A DNA stretch of 64,000 nucleotides, taken from Catajapyx aquilonaris. Its lineage: Eukaryota. Below are positions 1 through 12,500 of this stretch, piece by piece. Positions within the stretch are counted from its first letter, which is position 1. The number at the start of each line of letters is the position of its first letter. The notes beneath the pieces are model-generated. The model saw nothing but the letters and a program-made list of their open reading frames with translations, did no database searches and was not told where the DNA came from. Location of the stretch: assembly GCA_000934665.2 (NCBI GenBank), contig JYFJ02000514.1, forward strand, positions 62,001 to 126,000. Reading direction: 5' to 3'. The position numbers and the translations under genes are program-made.

Positions 1-161
1 TTTATTTCTCACTCTTTCTCTTCCCCCCCTCCGAAATATTCCCCATTTGAAGGGAGGGTTGACAGAAGGGCGTGGACAACAAAGAAAACGAGAGGATTAT
101 ATGGAATTATTTCCTTCCCATTTCTGAGCTGGAGAAACGTGCGCTGCATACTGTACGAGAA

Positions 162-182
162 TCTCTCTCTCTCTCTCTCTCT
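162..182. repeat. (TC)n microsatellite
   Basis: Read directly from the sequence. Confidence 0.9.
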
Positions 183-3100
183 GGAACCGATTCCGTGTGT
201 GTTCATCACGTTTCTTTTTCCTTGGCTCTTTTCACGCTCCCATTCAGGGTTTGTAGTGTTTGTTTGAGGGATGAGGCCCCAGCCAGGCCAGAGCCAGCAG
301 GGACTGAGGAAAATGGTTGGGTTGAGAGTTGGTGGGAAGGCAAAGGCTTCTCCTCCTCAATAGAGGATTCAAAAGTGGAGCCTAATCGGCCTTGGAACGA
401 GCAAGTCCACACAAAAGGCGGCTAACTCTACATGTTAGCCAAGCAGCTTCTTCTTCTGCTGGCCCCCACCATCATTGGACCCATCCTTTTGGCTGCAGCA
501 CGTGCAACCATGGAAATTCTGCACTTAACCCAAAAAGTTGGTCGCAGCAGTTTGGAGAAATCCTGCCGCGAATAAGTGATGGGGAGGGGGCGGACGTATT
601 TAATAGAGTAATTGAATGACTGCGTTTGGCGACGCATGTACAATAAGTGCATCAGTTGGGGGAGTTCGGTTGTAATCCAATCAAACTCGGGACGTCATTC
701 AACGACAAAATTACAGGTTGCTAGAGAGGGGGGGTTTTGTCTATGGGAACGTCAAGCTGTTCCTCGAACTGTCAACAACTGTTTGAGAGCTGGCGCCGCT
801 TAAATGCAATTTAAATGTGATTGAAGCGCCGCAATAGAAAACGAGCAAATTGCAGCGGAGTTGACAAACCTGCAAATTTGCCCCCAGAAAATACCGCTTT
901 ATTTACACACAGTACAGGATGGGTTCGATGTCCATACAATTTCATCATCTAAGAATGCCTGAAGCGTACAGGTGCATGAAGCATTCAGCAATTAACAGAT
1001 ATTGCGTTTTCCTAATTTATTTTCTGATATATTTATGGCCGTATTTACATGCTGACATCGTCCGTCTTGAGATACACACACGACTGAAATATATATTTTT
1101 TGTTGAGTGTTACACCTGTGTGCCTTCTTGCTCAGAGGCACCCACACAGTTATAATGCATCTTGGGCCAAGTCTCGCAATGAAATAATTAAGAAACAGGC
1201 CCGCTACCGTGTAATTACCCCCGGGGGCAGAATATTCATCCCGAGAGACGAGTGTTGCGAGGTCCTTTTTCCCTTCTTCTTCTTCTCTGGGAGGGTGTTG
1301 AGTGTGATTGGCCGTGTGTTGCATATGCTGATGATGATGCAAGTGACCCAAACCAACCCTCCAGCACATGAGGGACTGGTTTTGGCCAAATAAGAGAGGC
1401 CAGTTTTGGCCAGGGTGAGAAGGAGCTAATGGCCCGTCTGCACCGTATACCCACGTCCAATCGCACGTCCTTCTAATCACAGGGTTGGAGCACAGGACTT
1501 GACAAAAGGGCATTGTTTTATCCAGTGATTATTTCGCGCCGGGGTCTACGGTACGTCTTTGGGCAGTGTACGGACTTGTTTTTTTTCTTCTTCTTCTCCG
1601 CCACGTAAACCATTTCCTGGCTGTCAGCAACATGTTATGCCACACGTGAGATTCACGCCAATTTTGGGAGGGTACCGCAAATCCAAGCAAGAGGTGGTGA
1701 AAAGGCCACGACCTCTGATCACCACTGTTGCCAACTTAATTGCCCTCTTCCTCAGCCTCAGAAACCTTTTGGGGGGACGTGATGTTGTCAGCCCTGATTG
1801 TTATCATCTGACAAGAGCACCTGCTGGAATGTTCCCCCCCAGACATTTTTGCGTTGTTAATTCGCACCGGCGACAGTCCTTCAACATGTCATGACAAGAG
1901 TCTGCTGCTGCCACCCTCCCAAAAAAACTCTCCGTTTTATTTTTTTTGCTGGCCTTCTTCTAAAGGCTCCTGCACCTTCTTAAAGGCCCTCTTGGTCGCT
2001 TCCATCCTGATCTTATCTGCGTGATGGGGGCATTCCAACGCCTGTCTGATGGTGTGTGTGTCCAGGGGCGGCCAAATGGTCGCACACGCACCTTATATTC
2101 CTGAAAGAAGGGGACCCTTTTGGTGGGTCCCAAAGAAAAGATAAAAGAGGAAGTTCGTATAGGATGCCCATTAGTCTCGCCGAGATGGAGCCACTTCCGG
2201 TTAACAACCTCGAGAGGATCGGACCTTATGTTCACTCTCTCTGGGTCTGAATTAGCGATTGAGTCGAGGTGTTTCGGTATTATAATACTTTGTTAATGTA
2301 AATCCGAGTCGAAACTGTAGGTGGGCGATGCGGTTGCACCAAAACCGGCCGATTAAAAACCTGTACCGTATGAATCAGGTTTGTCCGCCTAGCGAAGTAC
2401 ATCGGTTGTTTTGTACGTAATTATTTATTGCCGGCTATTATTCACGTGGAAAATAGCGCACCGTATGTGTACATGTATAAAAAGGTCGAGCCAGGGCAAG
2501 TTCAGCTGAAAAATTTGCTGCTGGGGGAAAAAAAAATCGCCGTCGCTGTTTAAATACCATGGCAGGCAAACAATTAGGCTAATTAGGATTTACATTGTTA
2601 TTAATTGTCCAGTCAACAGTTAGCAGTATGATCGGAACATGATTTGATAATGAGACTTTTGCGCCGTGTGATTGACATGTTCGAACCGCACAACGACCGA
2701 AAGACAAACGACAGTCCGTCGTTCGTTTTTTTAACAAACATGCGACGACGATAAAGCAGGCTGCTTCTTCTTGAGGCAAAAAGAGCTGGTTTTTTTATTA
2801 TCTTTTTGGCCACCTCTTTACAATTATTATGGCGGAGTAATATTCCTTTTTTTAATGGATGTCTGGGTCCAGGAACGAATTCGTGCGTGTCGCGTAATGA
2901 GCGCTGCTGCCTCTCTATTGTTGCCTTTCCTTTTCGCGGCTCATCCTCCAATGTCGGGGAGTCTTTCGGAGGTGTGAACGGTATTTTTAGCACCCAAAAA
3001 AGGCATTGAAAGGGGTTGTCCAATTAAAGTGGTTGGAGCCCGGATGGGAATGGCTTTTTGAGAGTGCATGGCATGGGAGGCAACACAAGAAGTAAGGGAA

Positions 3101-3393
3101 GTCAGAGGGAAAAAAAGATTACTCACAAATGGGACAGGTTTAGCTTGTAGATGGATGGGGAAGTCTTTACACGCTCCTGATGTCTGCTGTTTTCCCTCCA
3201 AGGGGGTAGTCACGGATAAAGGGATGCTTCTGCTGGTGCCTCGTGTTGTGGTTATGGCACAAGCAGTGATAACTCGCCTGTCAGATAACCGGGCGTAAAA
3301 GCTCTCAGCCCATAAAATTACCCCGTCAGAAACAATCGTAATGGCTAAACTAGCAGTCTCAGATCGCTTGTTAAAATAGCAGTCGCTGTGTAC

Positions 3394-3596
3394 TACTATA
3401 ACACGCGAAAAGATTGTCGCGCTGTATCCGTGTGGAGTCCGCGACTTTTTGTTTACCCTCCTGCCGCCAGAGGCGTTGCCGTAGAGTCACCCCCCAAACA
3501 CCGTGATCCGACAACGACCCTTGCGGCAGGAAGGTAAACAAAAAGTCGCGGACATCACACGGATACAGCGCGACAATCTTTTTGCGTGTTATAGTA
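3394..3596. mobile_element. Foldback/MITE-like element, ~200-bp near-perfect inverted repeat with TA at both ends
   Basis: The left arm tactataacacgcgaaaagattgtcgcgctgtatccgtgtggagtccgcgactttttgtttaccctcctgccgc matches the reverse complement of the right arm, with 4 differences over ~74 bp. Weaker pairing continues inward to a short loop (cccccaaacacc). Confidence 0.8.
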
Positions 3597-6500
3597 AGTG
3601 GTAGTGACCACTGGTCATTTCTACTTGTGATGTCGGCTGACTTGGGGGCCGTCATTCAGCGGTTCTTTCCAAAGCTAATCTTGGCCCACCTACGCCTCAT
3701 TTAGCCAGCAAGGAATAACAGGTCATCAAATGCGTGGCGATGGACCCCTCCCCTCCTACCCTTGATGGAACAGAACCGTTGGAATGAGATGAGAGACCAC
3801 TTCTGAAGAGGGGGGGTTTCTGGCCGAAGGGAGGGGGAACAAGGGGAGATTAGGTCCTCTTTCCCAACGACGATTCCCTTGATTGTGGCCTCCCTCCAAC
3901 CCAACCATTGAAGGCAAGTGGAAGAAGGAAAAAAAAACAACCCCAGAAGAGTCTCTATTTGCTACTCTTTCCCGGAGATGCTCTCTCTGCTAAACATCCC
4001 AATTACCAAAGACGATTTCTTGGACCCTTGATTAGAAGGAAGGGAAGAGCATAGTTGAGCTCCAGCAATAGGATATTCCCAGCTCGGCGAAAATTTTTGG
4101 CGAGGACAAGAAAGAGGAAGGAGAGAACCTGTTTTGAATCTCAGATTTCCAGTCTGCCTGCGAACCAATTTTTCGAGGCTGCTGGCCGATGACGTAATGG
4201 CCGCCCTTCGACCTCTTTTGGTTTTTTCGGTGGCGGCTGGGCTGGAGGGAGGGGGGAAAGGAACAGCCACTTTAGCATTTCTGGGTTTCCTCGAGAGTTC
4301 GCATTGGACAAACGAGGGCTGTCAGACACACTGTCCACTGTCATTTCTCCTTGCCATCTGTCGCCTCGTGCGGTGAACGTCCCCCATTTTCATGCTGGTG
4401 GCCAATCCTATCCGGATAACAGTAGTTGTCGGAATTAGCTTCAGAAAAATGCATAGGCAACAGCACGTGGATAAAATTGAGCAGCGGCCTCGTTATTAGC
4501 TTGCATTATATACACGTTCCCCCGTGGGCCAGAGGTCGTGACGTGTGTCAGCAGACCATGGCTTCTGCTCGATCGGCAATGAACATATCTAAACTTGGAT
4601 ATATCCCCGAGTGTGCATAAGTTATGGGAAGGGCCCTTGTCAAAAGCGTCCAAAGTAGAAATTTTACGGCTTCCCCGCACGCTACAGCCCTTGGTCATAC
4701 AAATTGGTGGAACTTATGGCTTCTGCGCTCAATATACTCTTTTACCCTCCCCACTTCCCCCTCCAGCCACCCACACACACCCTGCCTGCCTCCCCCAACA
4801 AGCAGACTGGATCAATGTACGAACTGAAAAGTGAGGGGTTTCCTGCTGCACGTCAGGGTTTTTGAGGACTGCTAAAGCGGCAAAGGGGCTCTTCTTTTTT
4901 TGCAACATATATGCTCGAATGCCAAGCCACCCAATACCACACGCGGATTCAGAGACGAACTCACTTTTCAGGAACGTCAAAGAAGCCGAACGCGCTTTTG
5001 TCCGATTAAAACGGAAGAAAAAATGGATTTATCTGTCCATCGCAATTTTGAGGTATTCGCGACAAATGGCTGCAATATTCCTTAAGAGTCTGTATTTTGT
5101 GTAATCCCCATGTTGATTGGCCACCAGATGGCTCTGAGCAGATGGACTGGAGCAACGCCATCTCTGAGCGCATATTTGTCATCATTTGTATGGTCTATGG
5201 CCCGGGATTAAATTTTTCCCAGTGTAAAAAGGAGCCCGGCTGTGTGGAGGAACAAATGAGACAAGAGCGGCGTGATTAATTAATTCCCGAATGGGGAGGA
5301 GCTGCTATTTGAACGTGTCTGTGGGCGAGGGAAGGGGGTTGGAGGGGGGATGGGGGGGGGGGCAGCGAAATGCTCACATGGCTTGATTAATCACAGCGGG
5401 GTCGTAATGAGTCGGTCGGAAGTAGCAAAGGCCTCGCCGCAGGTGCAACCAGGATCATAACCCTCCCTGTGTCTTTACCCCCGGAATGTCCACCGGACAT
5501 GTGCTGGGGCTGTACGTATCCCCATTATTTGTCCGGATCCGGAATCCGCATGACTCCGGGCGCCGACTACTCTCAGCACACACCATCACTCTTGTTTGGA
5601 CTGGGAAAGGAAAGGACTCACAATATTGGATCCGGAGGGATGAGCACCACCACCACCAAGCAGAAGGTTTTATTCGGAAGGGTCGGAACAGTGGTCATTT
5701 AGTTGCTGCTTACATCCAGACCGCACATATAAGCCTATGCACAGGTGCAACGAACAATGAATAAGTGAGCGAGTGAATAAATAACAGCAGCAGCGACTAA
5801 AATCATTACATTTTGTAGCCGCGGTACATATGGCGGAATAGCTGGAGGAATATCAAAAGCACCTGTTTGGTTAAATAAAAGGGAAGTGGGTGGATTTGAT
5901 GCGAGGCTGCAACCGGAATCTGCCACCATAATATTAACAGAAAAAAATGATGATAATGAGTGGAGCAATTACCGTGCGTGAGAATGGCGCTTCGAAGCTT
6001 AATCAATGCGAGCAATCTCCTTGAAGAAACAATATAATAAAAAAAAAACGAAGGGGCTGGATACCCACCGGTGCAAAGCGTCTCTCACGTACCGAGGCAT
6101 GAATTACATCACGTTATCCCCTGGAAATTGCGAGCACTTGGAGTAAGTACAGTAATTCTGTGAGGATTGTTCTTCGAAGGGGGGGAAGAAGGGAAATGGC
6201 GCCCTCTCTCTCTCTTTGGAAGGTACCTACCTCCTTTCCACTTACTCTTAATCCTCTTTGGAAGAATGTTGTAAATCCATTAAGCAGATAAAAAAAAGGA
6301 AGAGTTTCTTGGAGTGTCTGGCAGGCCGAGAGGATTACACGCCTTTTTTTTTTCTTCCAGCAGGCTGAAAAGTCTAAAATGCTCTCGATTGGCCAAAAAA
6401 GAAACTCCCATTTCCTTCCGAACTTTGTCCCGATTGCATCTGTAATCAGAGGGGAGGAGAAGGGGGGGGGGGAGGCTCAGAAAATTGCTGGAAACCACCA

Positions 6501-9500
6501 CCAAGCTCCTTTGTTTATTGTTATAATAATAAAAAAACCTCCCGCCTTGCACCCCAAAAAAGTCGCAATTAAGTGCCAATTTTTGGGCTAAACTCGTGAG
6601 ATTTGGGGCCGACGTNGGGGGTGGGGGTTTAAAAAGTGTAATGATGAATAATTAGGGAGTCATCAGGAGGAATTAGGGATCTGGAACTCAAAAATTCTGT
6701 GTGGGGCTTAATAAGGATTTCCAAAACCTCGCATTATCATGAATAGCAATTACTTTGCGAAGGGAAAGGTGGCAGGTGAAAGAGGGTTAAAATACTGGCG
6801 AGGAAAGGGAGGGGGGGAAACTGGTCTGAGTTTTGCGTGCAAGGTGCTAAACGATCAATGAAGGCCGTTTCATTTCACCTTGGCCAAAAATTTCCAGATC
6901 ATCTGGTTTCGCTGATGGAAATAATTTTTTGCGCATATTACATGTCCATTCTTTACGGGACATGTGCCATTTATGATCTCTCCAGGATTTATCGCCACTT
7001 TTTCAAGTTGTCAGCTCCTTAAAAAAAAAAAAAAAAAGCTGGCACCTTCCAAAAAAAAAAAAAAGGAGAGACAATGTCGTGTGCTGCTCCACGATGGAAA
7101 AGATATACTCGTTCAAATTCAACAGGGTTGATTACCAGTCTGAAAGAATGAAATGCCACTCCGCCACTCTTGGGGAATCATACACAAAAAGCGATCCTGG
7201 ACTCGCATTAGGAGCCTGAAAAGGAGCAATGACAGACACAACACCGACAGAATTCACACAGCAGGACTAGAGAAATTTCCTATGGCCAAATGAGCACATG
7301 CTAATTGGCGAATTAAGCTGGGGGGTTCGCTCAGATTCACCAGTCAACGGATCTAAATGCCTCACAGTGCGAACCCAGATTTGGCGAGCAATTTATTTTC
7401 ACCGAAAGTGCTGCAATGTTTTTCATGTAGTGTTTTTGCCTTGTCTCCATGGGTCTCGTGCTGCTTTTGTCTGGCGCCTTGGGATCGCGTTTTATATAAG
7501 AGTTTTAGGCTTGTAGGCGCGCATTGCACTTGTCACATTCTTCCCACGACTGTTGCCTGAGGATTAATGAGTCCCCGCTGAAGGCATCAGCTTCCCGCTT
7601 TTCCTATGGGGAAAAAGCCAAGAGTTGGAAGGGTGGAAATGGTGACTCGGGCTCCTCCCGAGAAACGACTTCTTTTCTCTGTCCTTTACCGCGAGAATAA
7701 TTCCCTTAGAGATTCGAGCTTAATGGAGAAGGGTTTCAGGTTGAAAAGTGCTCTCGGATGAGAGGAGACAGCTCCCATTGTGCCGCTTGTTCCCTCTTCT
7801 CTTTCTCTCCACCCAGAGAGAGAGAGAAGGAACTGCTGGAGGAAGGAATTTCGCAATAAACGAAACTCGAGACTCCCGACATTGTTGTGCTCTCGGAGTC
7901 TGGCTCCATGGCGCCACAGGGATAGAAAATTGTTTCAGCAAATGAAGTGAGTAGATTCCGGTTCCGAGGTGGTCGATCGATATTACATCACCGGCAAAAA
8001 GGCTTTTCCGACAAACTGGCTAGCCGGACAAATCACTTCCAGCAGATGGAGGACAGTCCCGAGAAAGGTGTTCCGTTCAGTCACAATGGTAACACTACTC
8101 CAATTAATTTTCTCCCGTAGGAAAACTGTTTATTCGCAGCAGCCGCAGCATCAGCAAAACGTGACTGTTCTCTAAAAGAGTGTTGTCGTATACTTTATAG
8201 CCGGGTGTCAAATTGAATAATAGTTTAATGAGAGAAGGCGCACTCCGGACTTGACTTTTCCATGCATACGCTTTGAAGCCAGCAACATTACTCTGTCAGC
8301 GTGGAAAAATAGCAACGCCCATCACCAAACCATCCCGCGCGCAGCCTTCTCTGTTCATTCCAACAGCTCACCGATATTCCTCTCACGTCACCCTTTTTTT
8401 CTCCCACCACCCTCTCCAGCAATTGCTTTTTTTTCATTTCCATATGGATTCCACGCAGCATCGTTTTGCGTCATTTCTTACATGCTGGAGCAACATAATT
8501 ACTGTTATGTACCGGCGGCATCTTTCATGCGGCCAGGTGACATCTGGCAGCCTCCTGCTGCGGACCGCGGTTTATGGGGCCATCGACGCTGACCCCCGAC
8601 CTTCCCTCGAGGTCACGGGCGCCCGCCACGGAATACTGTCGCCGCGGAACTAAAAAGCTGCTGGAGCCACAAAGGAGAAAGAGGCTCCTCGGGGAATTCC
8701 CTCGGGCTGTAAACGGACCAGCGTTATTTTATATTAGCAAGTGATATGCATGAAAAATGAGCTTTTAAGTGACAGCGCTATTACAGCAATAGGGTTCAGT
8801 TACGGCTACTCAAATTGCATCTCTTTCAAACCCCTGCCAGGTAGGTCGTGGAGGAATTCTCCGCCAATTGTATAGCAAGATACTGCGCTAATTCGCTCAG
8901 AAAGAACTGCTGTTATTTTAAAACTCGAAGCCGATTTTGGCAGCGTGGATCAGTGGCGGATTTACATTTTTATTTGCGCGAAAACCTCCCCATTTCCGTC
9001 TTGCCCCTCCATTCATTCACCGCCACCAGTAATTAGAGTAATTGACTGATGAATGTGTGCTGTATGAAACGTGGCAGAGCAGCTGCAGGCTGCACACAGC
9101 CCAGCAGTGTCAACACATATCCACGGAGTTCATCAGGTGTAAACGTGTCCGGTTGCAGAGTTTTTCGATGCCGCCTGGAAATGCAGCTTTTTTTTCCTTC
9201 ACTTCGCTGGACTGGTTTGGTTGGGGCCTCAATTATCTGCCACTTCCGGTGATTACGAGCTGTAATTGCACTGGTGGCAGACGGAAAATGCACTTTTTGA
9301 TTGGATTCCAACAGTTTTCGCTGGATACCTGTTGTTGGCGAACTGGCAGCGAACCTCGTTAAAAATTTCTTGGGACATAAAAAAAAGAAGTTTTGTGTGT
9401 TGCAAGAGTTGTTGAAGACACACGAATCATGCTGACAAAGAGTGTTCCGGCGTGACTTCCTGCGCAGGATGGAGGGGGGGACCATGGTTTTTGGTTGGGT

Positions 9501-12500
9501 TGAAACCTCCTTGTCCATTGACTCGTTTGTCAAGCCCAGGCAATGAGGGTCACGATTGATTTTTCTTTTTTTCTCTGCATCTCCCCTGGCCCTTTTTCTC
9601 TCTCGGGTGTTGTTCGGTGACAAAAGGAGGGACGGTGACAAGCGGGCTTGGAAATAACGCGGATTCCGACGCTCCAGCACGATTTTGGTGTATCTTAAAA
9701 CAGGATTCGTGACCCTCACCTTCTGCATTGTTTGTGCCTGAAGAGTCTGGAGCAGGGATGCTGGGAATCTTTTTCTACATGTAGAGAAGAAGGAAATCGG
9801 TGGCTTTGTCGGAGGAACGTAGTTCTGAGCCTAGGCGGAAGAAGGAGATGCTGGAGATCCTCTGGCTTTTCCGAGGGAGGGGTCGCGGTAATGGCCTCTG
9901 GAGGAAAACTGCTGAGTGGCTGCTTACTTGGCACCGACCAACTTTTCGTCTTCACTCCAGATATTAGCCCAGGAAAAAAAACCTTCACTCTCTGGAATAA
10001 GGGAAGAAAAGGCTGCCAGTCGCGCGGATATCCGCCGACAATTCGCATGAAGATGCAATTTATGAAAGAGCAGGCCTCGCACAATACTGGCTGAATTCAA
10101 ATTGTTACGTTAAGCAGCAGTTTTTTAAAAAAAGTGCGGACAAAATCCGCTTAAAGCGATTGAAACCTGAGGGCGGTTATGGAGCGAATTGCAGGGCATA
10201 TATATAGGCCCCTAATGAACTGCCAGGTTGCCAGGCGCTGTGCAAATGCCACGCGTATAATAGCGTGTTAATAAATTAACAAATAAAATATCCCGCTGTT
10301 TGTGTTGCAGTTAGCGGTGTTGACGTGCCAAAATTTCCAGAAAATTCGATCAAACCCGCTTTTGATCGCCTGAACGTTTGATGGTCATCAAATATGGTGC
10401 GCTCCAATTGAGGTGTCCGTTTTAGTTTGACAAGTCTATACACGTTGCAATAAAAGAGTTGCTTGTTATTTTATCAGTAAAAATATTGTGTGCGCTGCAA
10501 TATTCGCGCGTGCATGTTACCTTGTAATACACGATGTTACCAGCGCAATGACACATTGTATGGATAACCGGTACTACAGTAATAAAAGTAAAGGTTCTGT
10601 AAAGTGGTCGAGCCTTGAGAAAAACCTTGGAAAGTGAAAAAGCGGGGAATCTTCCCAGGACCAAAAACACTTCATTTTCCTCGTCATTTACACGAGAGTT
10701 TTTTGAAGGTCGCGAAGGCGCGATATCCTGTACAGTAATGACTCTTTTTTTTGTCTGTTATTTTAAGTGCAGGTTTCGGATTAATTCTGCCATGATTTGC
10801 ACCCTTTAAAAAAAGAGAGCCAGGATCTCTCCGCCCTTCCAAGCACGTTGTAAATGTCTATTAGCATCTCTGCCCAGCGCAGGTTATGATCTTTCCCTAT
10901 AGCCCTTTGCAGTCCCCGCTTCAGAAATTTATGAACCGGATTAACAAATTGCGCGTGCGGCTCTCTGGCCCCGGATAAATTTCACATAAATTGAAGGCGG
11001 ATCCTTTGATAAACCCCATTCTCCGCAAATGTTACAGAAACTTGTAGCCCTTCCCCGATATTATATTTTTCAGAGGAGGTTTCCCCCCACCCCGGAAAAG
11101 TTACTAATACGGCGTAAATATTTGATATGAAATTAGAAGCTTGGGCCCAATTCCAAAAAAGGGGGGGGCTAGAGAGAAGTTTACACACAGAAAGGTGGGA
11201 GGGGGAAAAAAAATCCGCTTTTAGAGCTTGGGCTATATAAGGCTGGGGGTTGATCAGGAGTCTAGTGGGTTATCGTGTAATTCGGTGCGAAGGCGGAAAT
11301 TCCGGACCGAATCCGGGTTTCCTTTTCGGAGGTGGTTCCGCCCTCTAAAGCCCCCCCCCCCCGGCTCGGGACTCCAGCCTCTGCACCGTTTGATTTCCCT
11401 CAAAAACCACCACCAAAGTAAAGGGTCACGTCCGATCAGAGCCTTCAATTTGAGACCACTTATAGTTACTGCGAGAGAGTGCAGGAAATTGCCCGGAGCA
11501 ATTACTTCCGATCATCATCATCATCTTGGGCTAATCATGCGGTTGTTGTTTTCCCCCTTAGCCTTCAAACAAATATGTTTACAAGAAATTCAGCTAATAG
11601 AAATTGTGAGCAATTTTTTTGGCCCATGTGTTATTATGATTGCTAAACTGTTCTTGCAGAAGTGATTGAACCACCCTGTGTTTCGGAGGCATTTAAATGG
11701 TGCAGCGTTATCTGAAGTAGCCTTTTGGTCAAGGGCACGATTACACGTCCCTTATAAGGGCAGGAACTGGCAGGCTTTAGAAAGCAAAAGATGAAGCTGC
11801 TAAACCACTTTGATATGTGGCCCGCTCTTTTTTTTATTTTCAAAAAACTTTATTTTTTTTTGTTGCCACTTCTTTGGCCTGGTCCTTCGCCTTGAAGCTC
11901 GCTGTCCGGTAGGCCTTAACATGGAACATTAATGGCGCGAGAGTACATGGGAAACCCATTTGTCACATGCATCCGAATCAACGAGGGCCAAATCCTGATT
12001 GGTTTATCCGCCATGGGAGGCCTCTGCTGCTGCCTCTCTGCCGGTTTTATTGGCAAGCTCCGGGAATGTTGGCCACATATTCATATACATACATGCTGTT
12101 GCGCACGCGTTATTGTGTCAGCAGGCTATGAATCGTCCCCGTTCCCACGACTCGTGACGTACATTAAGTTTACCCACTTCTCTACGGAGCTAATGGGTAC
12201 ACCGATGTTCCATTAGAGCAGTGTAAATCATCCTCGCTTTAAACTGGAGTAAGTGATGATCATATGCGTACAGTAGAATATAGAATGCACTGTATTGATG
12301 GCATATAAAGCGCCGACTTGAAAGGGGTGGAAAAAAAAGACATCCCGAATAGCGAACGTTGTACTCTGGAATCAGCAACAGGTTTTTGCAATATGGCGAC
12401 AACTGGCAACCAGTAAGCCGAGCCAGAGAGCGTCGTGTGTGTTTTTGCCAATTGGTGCGCGATTCCCACATGTGTCCCAGGCCCTTTCCGAACATAAAAG

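Noticed and set aside
9033..9728. Longest ORF (231 aa, minus strand) as a nested gene
   Set aside because: No recognisable domain, composition driven by A/T and CT runs, and no supporting splice structure. The same applies to 25340..25975, 28400..28999 and 52173..52841.
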